DNA of 64,000 nucleotides from Pseudomonadaceae bacterium (GTDB taxonomy: Bacteria; Pseudomonadota; Alphaproteobacteria; UBA2136; UBA6156). Below the pieces are notes generated by a model. It searched no databases. It saw only the letters and a program-made list of their open reading frames with translations, and was not told the origin of the DNA. A program made the position numbers and the translations under genes. This document shows, piece after piece, positions 57,408 through 64,000 of this stretch (the first letter of the stretch is position 1; every line of letters begins with the position of its first letter). The stretch covers positions 142,368-206,367 of the forward strand of contig JACKLD010000013.1 in assembly GCA_024236095.1 (NCBI GenBank), read 5' to 3'.

Positions 57408-58273
57408 GGTATCAGCTCCCGTTGGCGCGGGCGGTTCAGCTCGTACGTCACCACGTCATCCAGCGTTTCCAGCGGCAGGCCGTTCATCCCCACATGGATG
57501 CCGTTGACCAGAACATGGGGCGGGTTGCCCACGTTCAACTGTCCGGCCAGCCGCGCATCGGCATCCAGCTCGCGGTAAAAGCGGCGGGCTTCGGTTTGCA
57601 TCAGCCGCCGGGCCTCCAGCCGGTCCATACCGATGGCGATAAGCGTATCGAAATAGCTTTCCGGGGTGGGGTTTGCCAGCGTCTCCAGTGCGTTGCGGTA
57701 TTCCCAGAACACGCCGCCGCGCTGCGCAACCTTGCCGTAAAAGGCTGCCATGTTCACGTCGTTGAATTGCTTGACCGGCGTATGGATGTTCACCACCCTC
57801 AGTTTGCTGGGATGCGCCGCCAGCAGGGCATCCACTTTTTTCAGGGTGTCCATGCATTGCACGCAGGAAAGGTCTGTCATTTCAATCAGGGTCACCAAGG
57901 CGTCATCCGGCCCTTTGGCCGGGTTGTGGGAAAACGGGTTGAAGCGCAGGCGCGTCTGCAAAAAGTGCTTGCTGGCATCGGTTTGCAACTGTTCGGGGGT
58001 GGCGGCCAGCAGCTCCTGCTCGAACAGCATGTCGCTGGTAATCACCTGCTGGGCGCCGGTACTGACGTGGGGCAGGGTGGGAGTGCTGGTGAGAATCTTG
58101 CCGGTGTGCGAGCGCACCACGCCGCTTTCAGCCTTGCCGCCGCCATGGCCGCTCGCTTCTTTGGCTGGCCCGGCAGCAGGCTCGATGGCGGCCGCATCAT
58201 GGGTTTGCCACCACACCGCAGCAGGAGCCGCCAGCAGGGCCAACAACAGAAACGGCGTCAATCGGTGCAGCAT
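57404..58273 (-). CDS. DsbA-like thioredoxin-fold protein with signal peptide and unusual CVQC active site
   Basis: MLHRLTPFLLLALLAAPAAV; DLSCVQC...NPPHVLVNGIHVG is the DsbA-family pattern; start at 58273 inside listed ORF 57404..58435. Confidence 0.8.
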   Translation of the reverse strand: MLHRLTPFLLLALLAAPAAVWWQTHDAAAIEPAAGPAKEASGHGGGKAESGVVRSHTGKILTSTPTLPHVSTGAQQVITSDMLFEQELLAATPEQLQTDASKHFLQTRLRFNPFSHNPAKGPDDALVTLIEMTDLSCVQCMDTLKKVDALLAAHPSKLRVVNIHTPVKQFNDVNMAAFYGKVAQRGGVFWEYRNALETLANPTPESYFDTLIAIGMDRLEARRLMQTEARRFYRELDADARLAGQLNVGNPPHVLVNGIHVGMNGLPLETLDDVVTYELNRPRQRELIP

Positions 58274-58403
58274 GGGTATGGTTTTTTCAAAAAAATAGCG
58301 GGAATTGCCGCGCACAGCCATGGCACAATGCAAAGGCGGCCCATACCCTGTTGCCTGCCGCCCACGATGCCCGTATAACGGAGGCACAAGGGAGGAAGAA
58401 GCC

Positions 58404-58751
58404 ATGCCGTTCGTTGTCACCGGAAAATGCATCAAATGCCGCTATTCCGACTGTGTGGAAGTATGCCCGGTGGACTGCTTCTACGAAGGCGAAAACATGC
58501 TGGTCATCAACCCCGATGAATGTATCGACTGCGGCGTGTGCGAGCCGGAGTGCCCCATTGAGGCCATCAAGAGCGACGACGAGCTTTCCAACGACGAACT
58601 GCACTGGGCCGATGTGAACGCCAAATACAGCGCCACCTGGCCGAACATCAAGGAAACCCGTGGCCCGATGCCCGAGGCCGAGAAATACGCTGAAATGGGC
58701 GCGGAAGAGAAAAAGCCGATGTTCAGCGAGAAGCCGGGTGACGGGAAGTAG
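58404..58751 (+). CDS. fdxA: 7Fe ferredoxin (FdxA type)
   Basis: [18 protein letters not shown]...[12 protein letters not shown]; RBS ggagg. Confidence 0.9.
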   Translation: MPFVVTGKCIKCRYSDCVEVCPVDCFYEGENMLVINPDECIDCGVCEPECPIEAIKSDDELSNDELHWADVNAKYSATWPNIKETRGPMPEAEKYAEMGAEEKKPMFSEKPGDGK

Positions 58752-58768
58752 GCAAGATAGCTTTTGCC

Positions 58769-58954
58769 CACGTCATTGCGAGGAGCACGCGCCCCTGCAG
58801 ATGCAGAAGCCCCCGCCATATTCCGCGCGCGGACGTGGCAATCCATGCAAGTGTTCCCAAAAACTAGATATCCCTATGTAAGATAGTCATGGATTGCTTC
58901 GTCGGTCGACAGGAAACCATGGCGCCTCCGGGGCGCTCGTCCTCGTAATGACGG
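58769..58954. mobile_element. MITE-like palindromic element, copy B (same termini as copy A; inner loop carries an about 45-bp AT-rich insertion)
   Basis: Termini cgtcattgcgaggagcacgcgcc ... gctcgtcctcgtaatgacgg; inner ggcaatccatg ... catggattgc. Confidence 0.7.
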
Positions 58955-59006
58955 AGACTGTTTGCATTTTGGCGATAAATGCAATGTGTTGAGGTGAGTC
59001 CGGCTA

Positions 59007-60578
59007 CTAGCCCGCCACCACCTTCGCCCGCAACCAGTTGGCCAGCCCGGGGGCGAGACGTCCGAGGGTTTTGGCCATGTGCATCAGCAGCACGCGGGGG
59101 CTGGGGTTGTATTGGTTGTTGGCCACCGCGCCCACCAGCGGAGCACCTGCGGCGTTGAAGGCGTCGGCGGCCTGCTTGACCATCTCGGGCGGGGTGCGGC
59201 GCATCAGTACGGTCATCACCGCCCGTGCGCCGGCGGCGGCCAGCAGAACCGGATCGGCGTTGTTGCGGTTGTGGGCGGCAAGGGGCGAGGTATCCACGAT
59301 GATATGTTCGTAAGATGACGACAATACATCGAACAACACTTGCGCGCCGCCGCCCTGGTTCAGGAAGTCCAGCGTCGGTTTGTCCATCGGCGGCGGCAGC
59401 ACGTCCAACCCGCCCACGCCCGCACCTTGGGCGATGGCTTCGCGGTTGAAGCCGCCCTTGTTGCGTCCGACAGAGGGTTTCAAATCCCACAGGCGCGGCA
59501 CAAGGCCGAAAGCGCGGGCCAGCCCGGTGTTTTTCAGGTTCAGGTCGACAAGCAGGGTCTTTTTGCCAGCGGCAGCACTCTTCAAAGCCAGCAGGGTGGC
59601 CAGCAGGGTGGTGCCCTCGGCGCCGTGAGGGCTGACCACCACCAACGCCCCGTGCAAATTGCGGGTAAGGGCGCGGTGCAGGCGGCTTACCTCGGTAAAA
59701 CCGGTGGGATCCAGAAGGTTGTGCCCAAAGGCCACCTCCGCCTTGCCATCGTGGATGACCACATCGCCCAGATCCGGCAAGCTACCCACCACTTGAAGCT
59801 GGGTGAGACGGCGCAGTGCCGTTTCATCCACCACGCCACGCGGGCGTTTGAGGCCGATCCACAGCAAGCCAAGGCCCAAGCCTACCACCGTACCGAGGGC
59901 GACGGCGAACATGACCTGCCCCAACATGGAGGGGGTTGGCAACAATGTGGCCGGTTGGGCAAACCACATCAGCCCTCCCATGCTGCCGTGGCCGAACGCG
60001 GCGTTGACGGCGGCGGCGTCATCGGCCAGTGCGGCGTAATCGTCGGCAAGACGGGTTTCCTCCAGCCGCAGGCGGGTACGGGCGGCGGTGTCGGCAGTGG
60101 CCAGAGCACTGCGCACTTTTGCCAATTGGGCGGCGGTGTCGCTCAGGCGCTGCTCCAGCCGCAGGCGTTCCGGCGCCAGCAGTTCGTAAATGAAGTTGGT
60201 AGCCAGCGCGTCCAGCGTGACTTCCAGCCCTTCCGGCTGGGCGGCGGCGAGGCGCAGTTCCATCAAATGCGGGTTGACCACCCGCAGCTCGATTTGTTTG
60301 GGGCCAATCGCCATGCCGGTGTCGCGGGCGGTGTCGGCCAGCAGTTCAGTGCCGCGTAAAATGCTTTGCAGGGCTTGGGCGTGGCCGTCGTCCTCCAGAT
60401 TGGCCAGCAAGGGGCTGCGGGCCTTGGCGGTATCGATTTGCAACAGCGTATGCGCGGTGAAGCGCGGCGGCTGGCCCAACGCCAAGGCCACCAACAACAA
60501 CGGCACCAACACCAGCGGCAGCAACCATTGCTTGCGGTAACGCCAGATTTCACTGAGTACGATGAGGCCGGACGACAT
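59007..60578 (-). CDS. Polysaccharide co-polymerase / BY-kinase-like protein (Wzc/GumC-like) with Lys-less Walker A (AEGTT) and no C-terminal Tyr cluster
   Basis: Wzz-like N-terminal TM (LLPLVLVPLLLVALAL), coiled coil, second TM, then SPHGAEGTTLLATLLALKSAAAGKKTLLVDLNLKN. Confidence 0.75.
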   Translation of the reverse strand: MSSGLIVLSEIWRYRKQWLLPLVLVPLLLVALALGQPPRFTAHTLLQIDTAKARSPLLANLEDDGHAQALQSILRGTELLADTARDTGMAIGPKQIELRVVNPHLMELRLAAAQPEGLEVTLDALATNFIYELLAPERLRLEQRLSDTAAQLAKVRSALATADTAARTRLRLEETRLADDYAALADDAAAVNAAFGHGSMGGLMWFAQPATLLPTPSMLGQVMFAVALGTVVGLGLGLLWIGLKRPRGVVDETALRRLTQLQVVGSLPDLGDVVIHDGKAEVAFGHNLLDPTGFTEVSRLHRALTRNLHGALVVVSPHGAEGTTLLATLLALKSAAAGKKTLLVDLNLKNTGLARAFGLVPRLWDLKPSVGRNKGGFNREAIAQGAGVGGLDVLPPPMDKPTLDFLNQGGGAQVLFDVLSSSYEHIIVDTSPLAAHNRNNADPVLLAAAGARAVMTVLMRRTPPEMVKQAADAFNAAGAPLVGAVANNQYNPSPRVLLMHMAKTLGRLAPGLANWLRAKVVAG

Positions 60579-60614
60579 GGGAACAAATCCTTCTTTTGTC
60601 GCCACTATAATGGC

Positions 60615-60643
60615 TTGACCGCGCCTTGGCCAGCGGCTATAAG
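60615..60643 (+). promoter_or_regulatory. Sigma70-like promoter for rplKA (TTGACC-N17-TATAAG)
   Basis: Good spacing and hexamers about 100 nt upstream of rplK. Confidence 0.45.
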
Positions 60644-60743
60644 CCCGCTACCACGTCAACCACCCTGTGGCATGTGGGAGTTATACCACCGGACGGCCCG
60701 CAACAAGGCCTTCCACACTGGAAACGAATGAAAGGATGCCGTT

Positions 60744-61172
60744 ATGGCAAAGGAAATCGTCGGCTACGTCAAGCTGCAAGTTCCCGCAGGCCAAGCCAAC
60801 CCCGCCCCGCCGGTGGGCCCCGCGCTTGGTCAGAAGGGTCTCAACATTATGGAATTCTGCAAGGCCTTCAACGCGGCCACGCAAAAGAACTACGAACCCG
60901 GCACCCCGGTTCCGGTGGTGATTACGGCGTACAAAGACCGTACCTTCACCTTCGTCACCAAGACGCCGCCGGCCACCTGGTACATCCTGAAGGCCGCCAA
61001 ACTGAAGAAGGGCAGCGGCAAGCCGCAAGACGTGGTGGGGCAAATCACCCACGCCCAAGCGCTTGAAATCGCCCAGGCCAAGATGGTCGACCTGAACGCC
61101 AGCGACGTGAACGAAGCCGTCAAGATGATTGAAGGCTCGGCACGCAGCATGGGCATCAAGGTTGTGAAGTAA
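60744..61172 (+). CDS. rplK: 50S ribosomal protein L11
   Basis: 142 aa, highly conserved. Confidence 0.95.
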   Translation: MAKEIVGYVKLQVPAGQANPAPPVGPALGQKGLNIMEFCKAFNAATQKNYEPGTPVPVVITAYKDRTFTFVTKTPPATWYILKAAKLKKGSGKPQDVVGQITHAQALEIAQAKMVDLNASDVNEAVKMIEGSARSMGIKVVK

Positions 61173-61188
61173 GGGGAGGGGACAGATC

Positions 61189-61899
61189 ATGGCAAAAGCG
61201 AAACAAGCCAACAAAGCCGCCACTCCCAAAAAGGAATGGCCCGTGTTCGATATCGACAAGGCGTACGACCTTGCCGAAGCGGTGAAATTGCTGAAAAGCA
61301 TGCCGTCTGCCAAGTTTGACGAAACGGTGGACGTGGCGCTGAACCTCGGCGTCGACCCGAAATATAACGACCAGAACGTTCGTGGCGTGGTGGCCTTGCC
61401 CCATGGTACCGGCAAGACCGTCCGCGTGGCGGTGGTGGCCAAGGGCAATGCGGCCGACGAAGCCAAAAAGGCAGGCGCCGACATTGTGGGCGACGACGAT
61501 CTCATTAAGCAAATCGAAGGCGGCACCATCAATTTCGACCGCCTGATCGCCACGCCTGACTGCATGGCGATGCTGGGTAAGGTGGCCAAAATCCTCGGCC
61601 CCAAAGGCCTGATGCCCAACCCCAAGCTGGGCACGGTGACCCCCACCCCCGCCAAGGCGGTGAAGGACGTGAAGGCAGGTCAGGTGGAGTTCCGCCTGGA
61701 AAAAGCCGGGATCATCCATGCCGGTGTGGGCAAGAAGAGCTTTACCGAACAGCAGCTGGTGGAAAACATCGCCACGCTGGTGAAAGCGGTGAAAGACGCC
61801 AAGCCCTCCGGCGCTAAGGTGGCTTACATGCTGAAAATGAGCATCAGCAGCACCATGGGCAAAGGCATCAAGGTGGACTTGAAAACCGCCGGTGCATAA
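61189..61899 (+). CDS. rplA: 50S ribosomal protein L1
   Basis: 236 aa, highly conserved. Confidence 0.95.
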   Translation: MAKAKQANKAATPKKEWPVFDIDKAYDLAEAVKLLKSMPSAKFDETVDVALNLGVDPKYNDQNVRGVVALPHGTGKTVRVAVVAKGNAADEAKKAGADIVGDDDLIKQIEGGTINFDRLIATPDCMAMLGKVAKILGPKGLMPNPKLGTVTPTPAKAVKDVKAGQVEFRLEKAGIIHAGVGKKSFTEQQLVENIATLVKAVKDAKPSGAKVAYMLKMSISSTMGKGIKVDLKTAGA

Positions 61900-61907
61900 C
61901 ACGGAAA

Positions 61908-61948
61908 GACCAACAAGAAGGCCCTCAAAAAGGGTCTTTTTGTTGGTC
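61908..61948 (+). terminator. Nested hairpin plus T-run after rplA (gaccaacaa gaaggccct caaaa agggtct tttt gttggtc)
   Basis: Read directly; consistent with the known attenuator/terminator between rplA and rplJ. Confidence 0.5.
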
Positions 61949-61959
61949 GAATTTATATA

Positions 61960-62116
61960 CCAAACCCGCCCGAAGCCCCCGGAGGAGGGGGATGCAAGGG
62001 GGAGGAGGTTCCCTCCTCCCCCTTGCCATCAAGAGTGAGGTTGGCCCGCAGGGCCAAGTTGCCGAGCCCGTAGGGCTTTAGGCAACGGGGAAAGCGCCAG
62101 CCCAGCCCCCACCGCC
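61960..62116. repeat. About 157-bp intergenic repeat, copy 2
   Basis: About 95% identical to 29471-29627. Confidence 0.85.
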
Positions 62117-62149
62117 CCCATCAAGAATACGGAAAGCGGCATTATATCC

Positions 62150-62178
62150 TTGACATAGGGGGCCTTTGCCCATAAACA
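62150..62178 (+). promoter_or_regulatory. Sigma70-like promoter for rplJL (TTGACA-N17-TAAACA)
   Basis: Near-consensus -35 and 17-bp spacer. Confidence 0.5.
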
Positions 62179-62353
62179 GCCATCAACCTGCTGAAGACAG
62201 TTGGTGCCCGCCATGGGGCGGCGCTTAAGGGGGAGCACCCCGCCAACCGAGGTGGAATGTGTGGAGACATCTCTCCAAGCTTTCCGTTTTAGCCGGTGCG
62301 CACGCCCACATGGGGTGGATGTGTGATGTGTACCAATGTGTAAGGAACAACCG
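62179..62353 (+). promoter_or_regulatory. Long 5' leader of rplJ, candidate L10(L12)4 autoregulatory leader
   Basis: About 175-nt untranslated leader between the promoter and rplJ; assignment by position and established operon biology. Confidence 0.35.
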
Positions 62354-62968
62354 ATGGACAAATCGCAAAAAGCGTCCTTCGTTGCCGACCTCAACACGCG
62401 CGTGGCCAAGGCCCAGACGATGGTGGTGTCCCACTACCGCGGTCTGACGGTCAAACAGCTGCAAACCCTGCGCGGCAAACTCCGCGAACAGGGTGGCGAA
62501 GCGCAGGTGGCCAAAAACCGCCTCGCCAAGCTGGCACTGAAGGACACGCCGTTTGAAGGCATCAGCGACCTGCTGACCGGCCCCACCATCCTCACCTTCA
62601 GTGAAGATGTGGTGGCTGCTGCCAAGGTGACCCATACCTTTGCCAAGGAGAACGAGGCTCTCGTGATTCTGGGCGGGGTGATGGAAGGCAAGGTGATGGA
62701 CAAAGCCGCCGTACTCCAGCTGGCAGCCCTGCCGTCGCTGGACGAACTGCGCGGCAAACTGGTCGGCCTGTTGCAGGCACCTGCGGCGCAAATCGCCCGC
62801 GTGCTCAAGGCCCATGCCGACAAGAACGGTGCCGAAGCCCCGGCCAAGCAGGACGAAGCGCCTGCCGCCGAAGCCGCTGCACCTGCCGAAGCGCCTGTTG
62901 TCGAAGCAGCCCAAGCCGAAGCGGCTCCTGCTGCCGAGGCACCTGCCACCGAGCAACAATCCAACTAA
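62354..62968 (+). CDS. rplJ: 50S ribosomal protein L10 with Ala/Pro/Glu-rich C-terminal extension
   Basis: MDKSQKASFVADLNTRVAKAQTMVVSHYRGLTVKQ...; the tail APAAEAAAPAEAPVVEAAQAEAAPAAEAPATEQQSN adds about 40 aa. Confidence 0.93.
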   Translation: MDKSQKASFVADLNTRVAKAQTMVVSHYRGLTVKQLQTLRGKLREQGGEAQVAKNRLAKLALKDTPFEGISDLLTGPTILTFSEDVVAAAKVTHTFAKENEALVILGGVMEGKVMDKAAVLQLAALPSLDELRGKLVGLLQAPAAQIARVLKAHADKNGAEAPAKQDEAPAAEAAAPAEAPVVEAAQAEAAPAAEAPATEQQSN

Positions 62969-62993
62969 CGAATCAAACTGAAAGGACAAAACG

Positions 62994-63359
62994 ATGTCTG
63001 CCAATCTGCAACAAATCGTTGACCAACTGTCGGCCCTCTCCGTGATGGAAGCCGCCGAACTCAGCAAAATGCTGGAAGAAAAATGGGGCGTTTCCGCCGC
63101 CGCTCCGGTGGCCGTGGCCGCCGCTGCCGCCGGTCCGGCTGAAGAAGCCAAGGACAGCTTCACCCTGAAACTGGTGAGCGCCGGCGACAAGAAGATCGAC
63201 GTCATCAAGCTGGTGCGTGAAATCACCGGCCTGGGCCTGAAAGAAGCCAAAGACCTCTCCGAGGCCGGTGGCGTGCTGAAGGAAGACGTGCCCGCCAAGG
63301 ATGCCGAAGAGTTCAAAAAGAAACTCGAAGCCATCGGCGCGAAAGTGGAACTGGCCTAA
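62994..63359 (+). CDS. rplL: 50S ribosomal protein L7/L12
   Basis: 121 aa, conserved. Confidence 0.95.
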   Translation: MSANLQQIVDQLSALSVMEAAELSKMLEEKWGVSAAAPVAVAAAAAGPAEEAKDSFTLKLVSAGDKKIDVIKLVREITGLGLKEAKDLSEAGGVLKEDVPAKDAEEFKKKLEAIGAKVELA

Positions 63360-63375
63360 GGCTGTCCCACTTCCA

Positions 63376-63403
63376 AAAAGGCTCCAAACGGGGCCTTTTT
63401 GTT
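63376..63403 (+). terminator. Intrinsic terminator after rplL (aaaggctcc aaac ggggccttttt)
   Basis: Stem plus a T5 run. Confidence 0.6.
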
Positions 63404-63409
63404 GGCCGG

Positions 63410-63452
63410 GTTTACCCCCACCGGCACGAAGTCCCCGGAGGGAGGGGGAGTA
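63410..63452. repeat. Partial (5' fragment) copy of the 157-bp repeat (acccccaccggcacgaagtccccggagggagggggag)
   Basis: Resembles positions 1-45 of the full copies. Confidence 0.45.
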
Positions 63453-63524
63453 AAGCCACTCCCACAAATGCGCATGAAGAAGCCCCGCAAAGCGGGGCCT
63501 TCGGGAAATGAAACAACGTCGCCG

Positions 63525-64000
63525 TTATTTCTTCTTCCCTTCCTTCATGTTGATGTACTCGGCGGCGTAGCGCAGGCCTTTGCCCTTGAAGGGTTCCGGC
63601 GGGCGCTTGGCGCGGGCTTCGGCGGCGAACATGCCCACCGCGTGCTTGTCGGCGCCGCTGATGGTCAGTTCGGTTTGGTCCTTGCTCACTTCCACCGCAA
63701 TGCCTTGCGGGATGTCCATGTTGACCGGGTGGCTGTAGCCCAGCGCGAGGTTCAGCTTGCTGCCCTGCATGCTGGCGCGGTAACCCACCCCAACCAGTTT
63801 CATCTTGATGCTGTAACCGTTGGTGACGCCTTCCACCATGTTGCGCACCAGCGCGCGGGCGGTGCCCCACGCGGCGCTCAGGCGCTTGGCATCGCCTTTG
63901 GGGGTGAAGGTGACTTCGTTGCCTTCCACCTTGGCGGTGATGTCATGGGGAATGGTGTGCGTGAGCGTGCCCTTGGGGCCGGCCACCTTGACGTTGCGCC
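63525..64000 (-). CDS. rplF: 50S ribosomal protein L6, 5' end beyond the window
   Basis: ...GTARALVRNMVEGVTNGYSIKMKLVGVGYRA...RPPEPFKGKGLRYAAEYINMKEGKKK aligns with L6 from about residue 10 onward. Confidence 0.85.
   Translation of the reverse strand, partial: RNVKVAGPKGTLTHTIPHDITAKVEGNEVTFTPKGDAKRLSAAWGTARALVRNMVEGVTNGYSIKMKLVGVGYRASMQGSKLNLALGYSHPVNMDIPQGIAVEVSKDQTELTISGADKHAVGMFAAEARAKRPPEPFKGKGLRYAAEYINMKEGKKK

Overview
This is a gene-dense, high-GC (roughly 60-65%) proteobacterial chromosomal window. The LDH-like malate dehydrogenase with an mdh/sucCD arrangement, petABC, and a stand-alone rod-binding FlgJ suggest an alphaproteobacterium-like organism. Core housekeeping genes include: a partial PAS-GGDEF-EAL gene; pth-ychF; a TrmH-family methylase; msrB; rimP-nusA-infB; mdh; sucC and sucD; petABC; rsmD; a pseudouridine synthase; tadA; dnaG-rpoD; greA; tsaC; rpmG; xthA; recJ; folD; fdxA; rplKA; rplJL; and a partial rplF. 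Interleaved with these is a split flagellar regulon: flgFG; flgBC divergent from flgI-flgJ-flgN-like; and flgK-flgL-csrA-fliW. Textbook sigma54 -24/-12 elements sit in front of flgF, flgB, flgI and possibly flgK. Four c-di-GMP genes are present. Accessory features include at least three intergenic repeat families: Neisseria dRS3-like ATTCCC-N8-GGGAAT hairpins at operon junctions, a ~157-bp GC-hairpin repeat, and a TIR-bounded MITE-like element. Other accessory material includes a low-GC lipoprotein plus MITE plus GIY-YIG nuclease wedged between sucC and sucD; an insert between mdh and sucC; a NADAR-GNAT-Nudix cassette translationally coupled to petC; a pair of paralogous Cys/His-rich small lipoproteins, one next to a DUF305/Met-rich putative copper locus; and a DsbA-like (CVQC) gene coupled to a 648-aa P-loop-motif membrane protein. 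No rRNA, tRNA, CRISPR array or transposase gene was recognised. The best candidates for undescribed biology are the Cys/His lipoprotein family with its periplasmic redox/metal island, the DsbA-like/P-loop pair, the sucC-sucD insert, and the repeat families.
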